64,000 nt of DNA from a virus (taxonomy: Duplodnaviria; Caudoviricetes): the IMG/VR virus record IMGVR_UViG_3300013121_000027, positions 128,001-192,000 of that record; one strand, written 5' to 3'. How positions within the stretch are numbered: the first letter of the stretch is position 1; every line of letters starts with the position of its first letter. The position numbers were made by a program, and so were the translations under genes. The notes below the pieces were generated by a model. It saw nothing but the letters and a program-made list of their open reading frames with translations. It was not told the origin of the DNA and did no database searches. This document shows, in pieces, positions 50,809 to 58,849 of the stretch.

Positions 50809-51765
50809 TTATGTAATTTGCGAAGCTCGGGGAGCACCGCCGCCAGATGAACTTGTAGATATTGCATTATCTGATGGAACATACACTTTTTGCATTGACC
50901 CATCTTCTGGCTTTAATAATCTTTCATCTCTCGCCATAAAAGTATAAGTTTCTAAAAGAGGAGTTCCTTCCGTATCATACTCTGTTTGCTTAGAAATCAA
51001 TTCCACATTCTCCAACAGGATCTGCATGTCCATTTCTTCAAATGGTAATTTGACCAGTCTTTCATTAAGATCAGCCATCATCGTATCATATCCGTATTTA
51101 TTCCTAATCTCTGATGCACTATAGGAAGGGTTATCGTGAGTGACAGATGTTTGCTGAAGCCCATATCTAATAACGAAATTAAATGGTGGATGAATACTGA
51201 ATAAATGCTGTTGCGTTGCTTCAAGATTTGTATCGTAATGTCTACGCCAATAAGTATTAATTAAAGTCTCATCCGTATCTAATCCTCTTACCTGATGAAG
51301 ATTATTCACTTGTTTTGAGGCGACAGTTTTTGCTCTTATTTGAGCTGCCTCAGCTATTTTTGAAGTTAAAAGATATGGCGCTGTGGAGATAAGACTAAAG
51401 GCGCCAGTTACAATTCTTGTACCTCTTAACATGGCATCGTAAGTATATGACCAAAACCCATAAAGAGGTTGCTTCTGTTGTTGGATATTGTAAGCAAAAG
51501 AATAAATTGGAAGAGGATCTCGTCCGTCGAGTCCATCTATCGTGATTTGAATATCTTGTCCAGAAAAGAAGTAATCAAAGTATGGGTTATTGAAAGATGT
51601 ATATTTTTCAAACGCATAAGCCCATTTACTGAATAGATCCGCTTCCGCCTCGTTCCACCAATTTATAGAAGATTGAGGAACTATAGATCCAGAAAGGGAT
51701 TGATGTTCGTTACGTTGACTTATAGATTTATCTTCAAATTGGGTTATTCGACCTGGACCACTCAT
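50809..51765 (-). CDS. Tail tube paralog 3 (tube-fold/initiator-like)
   Basis: FSGQDIQI, PLYGFWS...GTRIVTGAF, PPFNFVI, ETYTFMARD. Confidence 0.75.
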   Translation of the reverse strand: MSGPGRITQFEDKSISQRNEHQSLSGSIVPQSSINWWNEAEADLFSKWAYAFEKYTSFNNPYFDYFFSGQDIQITIDGLDGRDPLPIYSFAYNIQQQKQPLYGFWSYTYDAMLRGTRIVTGAFSLISTAPYLLTSKIAEAAQIRAKTVASKQVNNLHQVRGLDTDETLINTYWRRHYDTNLEATQQHLFSIHPPFNFVIRYGLQQTSVTHDNPSYSASEIRNKYGYDTMMADLNERLVKLPFEEMDMQILLENVELISKQTEYDTEGTPLLETYTFMARDERLLKPEDGSMQKVYVPSDNAISTSSSGGGAPRASQIT

Positions 51766-51777
51766 TAATTATCTCCT

Positions 51778-52419
51778 TCAAAAACTGGAATTACTTGTGC
51801 TATTCGAAAAAGAAATTGTATTTATCGTAGATTGCACACCAGAACTTATAACTTGTGGATTGTACGATGTTAATGGTTGAATACCACGAGCCATATACGT
51901 ATAAACCTGTTCGGTAACGAGGTCATCTACTGACATCGTTCCACCTTCATCAACGATGGTGACGCCTAAAATTCTCATAACTGAAAATCTTCCATATTCA
52001 TTAGAAAACGTTAATACAACATCAAATGGCGGTAACATATCAGCAAGTGGAAACATTGGATTTGTTGCCAAACCAAATTGTCCAGATGCTCCATGAACTA
52101 ATTCTTTATACTGTGCAAGACGATAAAAGGCGTATGAATTAAAGACAGTAAAGACTAAACTCCCAGCTATTGTTCTTGGACCTTTAATAAATCCTCTCGG
52201 ATTAACTTTTCCAAGTATGCGAACTGGCTTATTTTCTCTGTGTATAGAATATGATATTGTTTGAAGTTCACCAAGATTAAGTGGTTTTTCTTCATTCGGT
52301 AAAATAATTTGAGCAGTTATATCTACACCAGAAAATGAATCATAAACTATGGGAGCATCGTCATATTGTTGTCTATTCTTATAGACGCCATAAGTAAACG
52401 GTTGAAGAATTTCTCCCAT
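51778..52419 (-). CDS. Tail tube paralog 2
   Basis: FSGVDITA, ISYSIHRE..PVR.LG..NPRGF.KGPRTIAGSLVF, DMLPPFDV, EQVYTYMAR. Confidence 0.8.
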   Translation of the reverse strand: MGEILQPFTYGVYKNRQQYDDAPIVYDSFSGVDITAQIILPNEEKPLNLGELQTISYSIHRENKPVRILGKVNPRGFIKGPRTIAGSLVFTVFNSYAFYRLAQYKELVHGASGQFGLATNPMFPLADMLPPFDVVLTFSNEYGRFSVMRILGVTIVDEGGTMSVDDLVTEQVYTYMARGIQPLTSYNPQVISSGVQSTINTISFSNSTSNSSF

Positions 52420-52439
52420 AATAGAAAACCTTGTCTTTT

Positions 52440-52477
52440 AAAAGGTGAGGGACATACCTGATAGTACATCCCCCACC
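52440..52477 (-). terminator. Rho-independent terminator after the major tube gene
   Basis: GGTGGGGGATGTAC-TATCAG-GTATGTCCCTCACC-TTTT (G-U pairs on the minus strand). Confidence 0.75.
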
Positions 52478-52492
52478 CATTAAATAAAATAC

Positions 52493-52999
52493 TTAGCTAC
52501 CAAGACCGAAGCCTGCAACTACTGTAGCATCAACAGTTGTATCAACTGTATCAAAGCCACCGCGAGCAGTTGGGATCATTGGTCCTATTTCTCTTGCTAC
52601 GAAAGTCATCGTCTCTTCCATTACCAAGTCATCCATTGAGGCTCCAGAACCTTCATTCAAAAGTTCCACACCATAGATTGACTTAACGGCTGATTGACCA
52701 TATTCGTTAGAGAAGGTGATTGTAATATCGAACGGAGGTACCTGATCAGCATAATATGGAAGTGCGCTTGTTATACCAAAAGCTGTGCTTGATGCATCTG
52801 GTAAAGCGGCGACAATTCCACCTGCTGAGTTACTACCCATGTTCGGAATAACGTTCCAAGCTCTTGTCCAAATCTTGAAACTGTCATTTGCGGAGTTTGC
52901 CGCAATGAGGTTATAAAGTGCTGGTCTATCGAAAGTCATGAAAATAAGACTTCCGGCAATTCCTCTTTTACCTCTGGAAAAGGAACGTGGATTGGGGCT
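52493..52999 (-). CDS. Major tail tube protein, exon 2
   Basis: SPNPRSFSRGKRGIAGSLIF...DQVPPFDITITFSNEYG...TFVAR, collinear with the uninterrupted paralog at 51778-52419. Confidence 0.88.
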   Translation of the reverse strand, partial: SPNPRSFSRGKRGIAGSLIFMTFDRPALYNLIAANSANDSFKIWTRAWNVIPNMGSNSAGGIVAALPDASSTAFGITSALPYYADQVPPFDITITFSNEYGQSAVKSIYGVELLNEGSGASMDDLVMEETMTFVAREIGPMIPTARGGFDTVDTTVDATVVAGFGLGS

Positions 53000-54046
53000 C
53001 AATATTGAGTAATATTGGACTATCTCTTAGATAAAATTTTCCGGAATATCTGCACTAAGGAGTGCAGCTGCGAATGAACCAAAAAGTCTTTGTATTGGCT
53101 TATGAGAAAAAGAATTTTCCCAGTATAAATACTTAACTATTGGAAACCCATCTTCTGGGGATCCATTTATCTCCCAAAAATTTCTTAAAGAAGAAACTAT
53201 TTTTAATTGAGCTTCTTCTATTGATATTTTGGTTGATACGGTTCTTTTTGCTTCTTTTTTTTCTATTGGATTTGAATGTAGTTTATATCCTTGTGGTATT
53301 TTATATTTAAGAGTTTTATGTATAAAAGGTTCCACTATTAAAAGGAATTTCCAAGCTTCATTTCTTGATAGGTAAGTATAATAATATTGTTTGCCTTTTT
53401 TATTTCGTAAGGCTATTTCCATATTTATATTATATTTACTTTTTAATTGACTTTGTAAAACTTTGTGAGATTGCAAGTCAAATCCATAAGAGCTTAATTC
53501 TATTTTTCCACGGAAAACATCATAACTTCCATCATCCATATACCAAACTGCCATATTAAATGGATTTAGTTCTATATCTAATGGAACTTGTTTATGTGAA
53601 TCTATATACCAATAATCTCTCATTGGTTTAAAAATTTTATTTCCATAAACATGGAATCTATATTCTCTGGATGCAACCTCTCTTTCTCCAAAAGATGATT
53701 TTCTATCTCTAAAAGAGATATTACAAGAAAATCCTTCCTCTTTAAAGAATGATTGTTTCCATTCTAAATATTCCATTTGCGATTTTCCATGAGATTCAGA
53801 ATAATAATAGTTCATACTATTCTGTCTCTTATCAAAAGAAGCAATAATCGCTCCATCTCCCAAAAGGGAGCCAGTAATAAGATTACTGAGATTAATATTA
53901 TCTTTAATCATTTTAAAATAACCTCTTTGGGCTAAATTCTGACGCCTCTTACAAGTAAAAGTTTCGTCAAGTCTCTACAGCTGCTGATTATATCAGCGTG
54001 CCTCGGGATTTTACCCCCGATTTCAGATTAATTGGGCAGTTCATCC
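53000..54046 (-). mobile_element. Group I self-splicing intron (1047 nt) in the tail tube gene
   Basis: 5' splice site after U of GGU with P1 UGGGU/GCCCA; P4 UCGGG/CCCGA; GUAGAGACU (R element); AAGAGAUAGUC (S element); P9 CAAUAUU-ACUC-AAUAUUG; terminal G at 53000; removal restores ...APVFTMG|SPNPRSF in frame. Confidence 0.9.
53027..53911 (-). CDS. Intron-encoded LAGLIDADG homing endonuclease (two motifs) with a C-terminal helical endonuclease-associated repeat
   Basis: LITGSLLGDGAI and MAVWYMDDGS; C-terminal PIQRLFGSFAAALLSADI; very AT-rich. Confidence 0.9.
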   Translation of the reverse strand: MIKDNINLSNLITGSLLGDGAIIASFDKRQNSMNYYYSESHGKSQMEYLEWKQSFFKEEGFSCNISFRDRKSSFGEREVASREYRFHVYGNKIFKPMRDYWYIDSHKQVPLDIELNPFNMAVWYMDDGSYDVFRGKIELSSYGFDLQSHKVLQSQLKSKYNINMEIALRNKKGKQYYYTYLSRNEAWKFLLIVEPFIHKTLKYKIPQGYKLHSNPIEKKEAKRTVSTKISIEEAQLKIVSSLRNFWEINGSPEDGFPIVKYLYWENSFSHKPIQRLFGSFAAALLSADIPENFI

Positions 54047-54220
54047 ACCCATTGTAAACACAGGAGCTTTTTCGCGTGAAACGCTCCATGTAATTCCTGC
54101 AAGGGTTCCAACCACAGTTCCATTGAATGTAGCTACTATATCTGCGCCAGAGAACGTAGTATACGTTCTGGTATATTGTTCAATAGTGCTCGTATTCCTT
54201 GAACCTAAAAGGTCAGCCAT
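54047..54220 (-). CDS. Major tail tube protein, exon 1 (spliced product 226 aa)
   Basis: ATG at 54220 after GAGGAG; RTYTTFSGADIVATF...ITWSVSREKAPVFTMG. Confidence 0.88.
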
Positions 54221-54338
54221 ATGTATCATCTCCTCGCTACATTACAAATGTAGCATCTGTAGGGATATTGTATTCTTTTCAGTTTTTCGAAAAGATCTTT
54301 TTATGCGGCTCGCAAATTTATTTGGAACATCTATCGCA

Positions 54339-55571
54339 TTAGAAGTTTACTGACACCTGAACAACTACTTCACGCAGTTCAAAAGCTGGGACGATTGCGA
54401 GATCGATATAAGCCTTATTGTCTGCTGGTGAGTATTGGACTCTGAAGTCTGATTGGTTAATCGCACCAAGCTTAGTCATTGATTGAAGCGAAGAAGAGAT
54501 TTGTGTCTGGAACGCGTTTTGCATCGTGATAGACATACCTTCGCCAACATAGTTCTGAGCGATGTTCTTAATTAGCTTAACTGCATCGAATACGATTCGA
54601 ATTGTTGAAAGTCTAATAAAGTCAGATGTCGTAGCGGCGAACGTAGTACCATCAACCCACTTGGGGATTCTGCTGAAGTCGAGCTGTCCAACAACAACAC
54701 CCTTACCAGAAAGCGTCTCGGCTTGAGCACGAGTCACATTATAGCGCAGTTGGTCAATATTATACATCGGCTTATTGGTTGTTGCGCTCCAAGATGAGAG
54801 ACGAGAAATAAGCGCAGCATACAAGCAGGCACCATTGCTATACCCCCAATCTGTCGGTGCAGAGATGGGATGCACTTCTGTAGCGATAACAGAAATGTAA
54901 TCACCAGAAGTAAAAGAGTCCTTATTGATAAGTGAAGAAAATGCTATACCATCAGCTAATTGTGTTGGAGTTGGGTTTTGAGGTCCAGCAATTGGATTTA
55001 CGCCTATGACTCCAACTACTGGATATGAATTGTATGTGATTTCCGAGCACTTATCGGCAACTTGCTTTGCCCAGCTATAGGAAGCATTAGTCGAGTTGTC
55101 CGCATAGAAGAAATCGCTTGAACTACCACCAGGAGTTGCAACTGGAGTTGCATAGTCATCCCAGTCTGTCGTTACACTACCGCGACCCCAAGGCACTACT
55201 ATATCTGCGCGAACAGCTTCAACCGAGGCGAAAGCCTCATCGAAAATATTCAATGTTGGATAAGTAGCACTGGCAATGGTACCAGCGCCATGATTAAATG
55301 TAGTGTTAGAAGGTAATGGGATAAAAGCAACTCTCGGCGCTCCACCAGTGCTTAATTCGTAGAAGGCGCGGTGGATTTGAGAATTTTCACCAAACTTTGT
55401 AATAACATCTTGCTCAGAAGTAGCAAGGTAGGGCACAAAATCTGGAGCAGCCGCCGTAGCATCATTGCTTCTTTTAGCAATAACAGCAATAAGAGGACCA
55501 CCTGGCAGGTCGGTTCTTGCTTGGTTGTAGAAACGATCTAGAATTGTAGTTTTGACACCTGGGAGAGCCAT
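54339..55571 (-). CDS. Tail sheath protein (major)
   Basis: MALPGVKT N-terminus; sheath C-terminal domain RLSTIRIV...YVGE...IDLAIVPAFELREV; GGAGG RBS. Confidence 0.88.
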   Translation of the reverse strand: MALPGVKTTILDRFYNQARTDLPGGPLIAVIAKRSNDATAAAPDFVPYLATSEQDVITKFGENSQIHRAFYELSTGGAPRVAFIPLPSNTTFNHGAGTIASATYPTLNIFDEAFASVEAVRADIVVPWGRGSVTTDWDDYATPVATPGGSSSDFFYADNSTNASYSWAKQVADKCSEITYNSYPVVGVIGVNPIAGPQNPTPTQLADGIAFSSLINKDSFTSGDYISVIATEVHPISAPTDWGYSNGACLYAALISRLSSWSATTNKPMYNIDQLRYNVTRAQAETLSGKGVVVGQLDFSRIPKWVDGTTFAATTSDFIRLSTIRIVFDAVKLIKNIAQNYVGEGMSITMQNAFQTQISSSLQSMTKLGAINQSDFRVQYSPADNKAYIDLAIVPAFELREVVVQVSVNF

Positions 55572-55619
55572 TTGGAAACCTCCATAAACAATATGTAGTA
55601 GTGCGGCGTTGACCTATGG

Positions 55620-55627
55620 ATATAGTA
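55620..55627 (-). promoter_or_regulatory. Putative late-promoter motif TACTATAT
   Basis: Second copy, about 50 nt upstream of the sheath ATG. Confidence 0.65.
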
Positions 55628-55689
55628 CGAGAAAAACGCCTATATACAACATTTAAAAGGTGTTTCTATATAATCAAAATTGATTTTTA

Positions 55690-56397
55690 TTAGCTATTAG
55701 TATTATTATCCAGTAGTGAAGTATAAATAGGATAAGTGATTGGTGTAGCGTCAGGCTCATAGGATGGTGTTGCGTCGTCCGCAACAATTGCTTGAACTTG
55801 TAGGAAGATACTATCAAGCTTATCTATACTGGTAGTAAGAACTTTTTGAATGCCAACCATGTAGGCGATCGAGCGAGAGGAAAGATCATCTCCATATCGT
55901 GTTTCGTGAGAATCTGACATTCTACGTACGTATGAAATAGATTCAAGACCCAACATTTGTAACATGGGCTTGATCTGAATCATGAAATCCTCATACTCTT
56001 CTATAATTTCTTCTGCAACTCTGGGTACTTTATGAATTGCGGTAAACTTAACAATAATATAAAAACTTTCTATAAAGATTGCAAGCTTTTTAGTTGGATC
56101 AGTTGGATCATCAACCGTCTCATACGGTTTTGGTTTAGGAGAATTATTTTTGGGCTTTTTATCTTCTAAAGTGTAAATAATATAACCAAGTTCTGGATTG
56201 AATATCTTTTGTTCGCCAAAGGGACCAAATTTAATTTCAGGATGCCCTTCACTCCATAATTTATTTACCACATCTATAAATTGTAAATAAGATAAATTTC
56301 CTTTAGATTTTAATGGTGGAAGAACAGAACCATATGGCTGTATATATTCTGGAGATGGATATGGAGTTTGCTTTTGCGTTGAAAAATCAAATTTCAT
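55690..56397 (-). CDS. Putative tail completion/terminator protein
   Basis: Between the two sheath genes; alpha/beta pattern ESFYIIVKFTAIH...AEEIIEEYEDFM...RSIAYMV; C-terminal DATP x2. Confidence 0.6.
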   Translation of the reverse strand: MKFDFSTQKQTPYPSPEYIQPYGSVLPPLKSKGNLSYLQFIDVVNKLWSEGHPEIKFGPFGEQKIFNPELGYIIYTLEDKKPKNNSPKPKPYETVDDPTDPTKKLAIFIESFYIIVKFTAIHKVPRVAEEIIEEYEDFMIQIKPMLQMLGLESISYVRRMSDSHETRYGDDLSSRSIAYMVGIQKVLTTSIDKLDSIFLQVQAIVADDATPSYEPDATPITYPIYTSLLDNNTNS

Positions 56398-57578
56398 GAC
56401 CCTGGACCTACCTCAACTTGAAATGTAATCTGTCTTAATCCAAAAACTGGAGTTAAACTTATTATGACAGATATTTTTTGGCTTTGATTTGTTTCTACTA
56501 TATTAAGAGTAAAGTCTTTGATAACCGAAGCGTTTTTCAAATAGAACATATAAGAGGAAACGATTTCCTTAAATTTAGCTATATAGATAGAGCCAATAAA
56601 TGCATATCCGTATTCTCTAATTTGATTGATAACATTGGCAATAATCCTCATTTGACCAAGTGACCAAAAATCACTTCCATCTTGTCCCAATGTATTATCG
56701 GTTAGAAGAATGACTTGATTCGCGTAGCCTCTTTTTCCTCTTGTTGTTCTGGTTGCGCAATTTATTTTTGCAGTAGCTAATTCTTCTATCTTGGAAGAAG
56801 ATAAATCATTGCCAACAAGAGTAGAGACTAATGGTAATTGTATTCCGGTAACACTATGATCTAAAGGTGCCGTTGCCATAACTGCAGCAGTTTTAACTGC
56901 TAATGATGAAATATAACTGAGTGTCATTTGCGGATTCGTTATAAGACCTTCTCCCATAACTAAGAAAACAAATTTACCAGCTTCACCTAATGAACTTATT
57001 CTTTCGTCTGTAGTCATATCAATTATTGATTGATCAGAAAACGCACTTATCCTTGTTCCTAAAACGCCGAAACAAACAGCTCCAGTAATTGTAAAAAAAC
57101 TGCCGCAAAAATCTACCAATTGTGTTAGAAAATCTACGTCTCCCGCATCATAAAAAACAGCCTCAACTGGAACTATTATCTCTGGAAAATCATATCCACT
57201 TAAAGCGCTATAAGCTACAGTTAGTCTATCGTAATATTTCTCATAGAAAGTTTTGCTACCCCATTCTGTACGAGGGGTTAACCTATCGGCAATAGTAGGT
57301 TCGTATTCACTCATAGGTGCTACCGGATAAAGCCAAATATCTTTACATCCACAATTATATACTTCCAGAAATGCGCGCAACAGGGGTGATTGCGAATCTT
57401 TACCCAAAAAAGCAACTGCGTTCTTTGCATTTGTCACCCTATATGGCTCATACATTATATCAGCATCGGCATGACCCATTAATAAAATTGTATCAGTTAG
57501 CCCAGATCCAAGTATTTGGTATGCGGAAGATTCCAGCATTGTGCCAGATAATGATGGGACAGATAAAAGATTTGCCAT
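56394..57578 (-). CDS. Tail sheath paralog 2
   Basis: Sheath C-terminal pattern DFWSLGQMRII...FIG...IKDFTL...ISLTPVFGLRQI. Confidence 0.75.
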   Translation of the reverse strand: MANLLSVPSLSGTMLESSAYQILGSGLTDTILLMGHADADIMYEPYRVTNAKNAVAFLGKDSQSPLLRAFLEVYNCGCKDIWLYPVAPMSEYEPTIADRLTPRTEWGSKTFYEKYYDRLTVAYSALSGYDFPEIIVPVEAVFYDAGDVDFLTQLVDFCGSFFTITGAVCFGVLGTRISAFSDQSIIDMTTDERISSLGEAGKFVFLVMGEGLITNPQMTLSYISSLAVKTAAVMATAPLDHSVTGIQLPLVSTLVGNDLSSSKIEELATAKINCATRTTRGKRGYANQVILLTDNTLGQDGSDFWSLGQMRIIANVINQIREYGYAFIGSIYIAKFKEIVSSYMFYLKNASVIKDFTLNIVETNQSQKISVIISLTPVFGLRQITFQVEVGPGS

Positions 57579-57589
57579 TTAACTCACCC

Positions 57590-57988
57590 TTAGTTGGGCT
57601 GGATTCTCGTTGCGGATGCTATATAATAAACGATCTCTCCGGCAATGCCACGTAATCCAACTACAGTATCAATAGACCATACGGTTTGATTTGTTTCGGT
57701 TCTCGGATTTTCTTCATATATTCTATCACCGTCAAAAGGTTGTGCGGATTCTTTAAAGAAATAAACTCTTTCAGAGGTAGATAAGAGCCCTTCGATTTCC
57801 TCTTGTCCCTTATTCATAATTGTTCTATTATTTGGTATAGAATATCTAACTGTGTGAATTTCTAATTTATCCGAATAAGAAACTTGATTATCGGTGCTCT
57901 GAGTTCTTCTTTGTAAGAATATATCGTGCCCATATTTTTTTAATATGGACTCAAAATTTGATTTCATATAATTAATATTTTTAGTCAT
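57590..57988 (-). CDS. Putative head-closure/neck protein
   Basis: ILKKYGHDIFLQRR...YFF...P..GDRIYE...W.I..V...RG..GEI.YY beta-barrel pattern; position. Confidence 0.6.
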   Translation of the reverse strand: MTKNINYMKSNFESILKKYGHDIFLQRRTQSTDNQVSYSDKLEIHTVRYSIPNNRTIMNKGQEEIEGLLSTSERVYFFKESAQPFDGDRIYEENPRTETNQTVWSIDTVVGLRGIAGEIVYYIASATRIQPN

Positions 57989-58803
57989 TAATCAAACTTC
58001 CTTAATGACCTGGATGGAATTGGATTGACGAAATTAGATCCTTTAACTACAGTAGAAAACGTAACCTTACTCTTTAGTAATTCAGCTTTTAGTGCATAAG
58101 CCATCTCACACCATGTCGTAGCGTTACCTCGATAAACAGAATTTCTGGAACCTCCACTACCACCACCAAATCCATTATTAATTGTCAAATCGCCAAGACT
58201 AAAACTGTCACTCTTACCAAATCCATTTATTCCACCATCTATTAGGTATGTCTTTGATAATTCGCAGAGCGTTGCGGCTATTAAATATTCTCTCATTAAA
58301 GAAGTTATCGTAAGACCTTGACCAAACCATTCTTCCAATTGCAGAGACTGTTTATATATAATCTCTGTCACCTCAACTAAATCAACTTCTGGGAAGATTT
58401 CAACTACCCAATCTGGATCTATATATAAAGGATCTAATTCTCCTAAAAATAATTGTTGATAAGTTGAACCTAAAGTTATTGTTGGCTCCGATGTTCCAAC
58501 ATAAAATACTCTTGGATTTTCTATTGTTGATGGCGTTGCCCCAGTTAATGTACCTATAAAGAGTAATTTAAACTTGCCATTATCTGGAGTCGTCCAATCA
58601 TAATGATAAAGCCCAAGAGAATCATTAACTATCGGGTCTATGACGCCTTGAAGATCATAAACTTCAGTTGTAGAATTGTATTTATATATAGCGCCAGAAA
58701 CAGAGGTTGGCGCAATCAATTCATCAACATCGCCAGTTGGATCGAAATCGATAAATCTTACAGAAACTCTTACTTGTTGTCCTACTCTAATATTAGAAGC
58801 CAT
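57988..58803 (-). CDS. Putative neck/head-tail adaptor with N-terminal Ig-like domain
   Basis: GLYHYDWT Ig-like N-terminus; helical C-terminus with FSLGDLTI; contains GATP. Confidence 0.6.
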   Translation of the reverse strand: MASNIRVGQQVRVSVRFIDFDPTGDVDELIAPTSVSGAIYKYNSTTEVYDLQGVIDPIVNDSLGLYHYDWTTPDNGKFKLLFIGTLTGATPSTIENPRVFYVGTSEPTITLGSTYQQLFLGELDPLYIDPDWVVEIFPEVDLVEVTEIIYKQSLQLEEWFGQGLTITSLMREYLIAATLCELSKTYLIDGGINGFGKSDSFSLGDLTINNGFGGGSGGSRNSVYRGNATTWCEMAYALKAELLKSKVTFSTVVKGSNFVNPIPSRSLRKFD

Positions 58804-58833
58804 ACAAAATCCTCTTATCTATAAGGCACATTG

Positions 58834-58841
58834 ATATAGTA
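58834..58841 (-). promoter_or_regulatory. Putative late-promoter motif TACTATAT
   Basis: Third copy, about 30 nt upstream of the neck gene ATG. Confidence 0.65.
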
Positions 58842-58849
58842 CCAATGAA

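Noticed and set aside
54041-54229. 62-aa standalone gene, or TGA read-through/recoding of the tube gene
   Set aside because: Explained as exon 1 of an intron-split gene; other long genes show no sign of stop-codon reassignment
25906-57578. Bacterial tailocin/eCIS locus instead of a phage
   Set aside because: Neck genes, nrdJ/thyX, an intron homing endonuclease and dense phage-style small ORFs indicate a large phage genome
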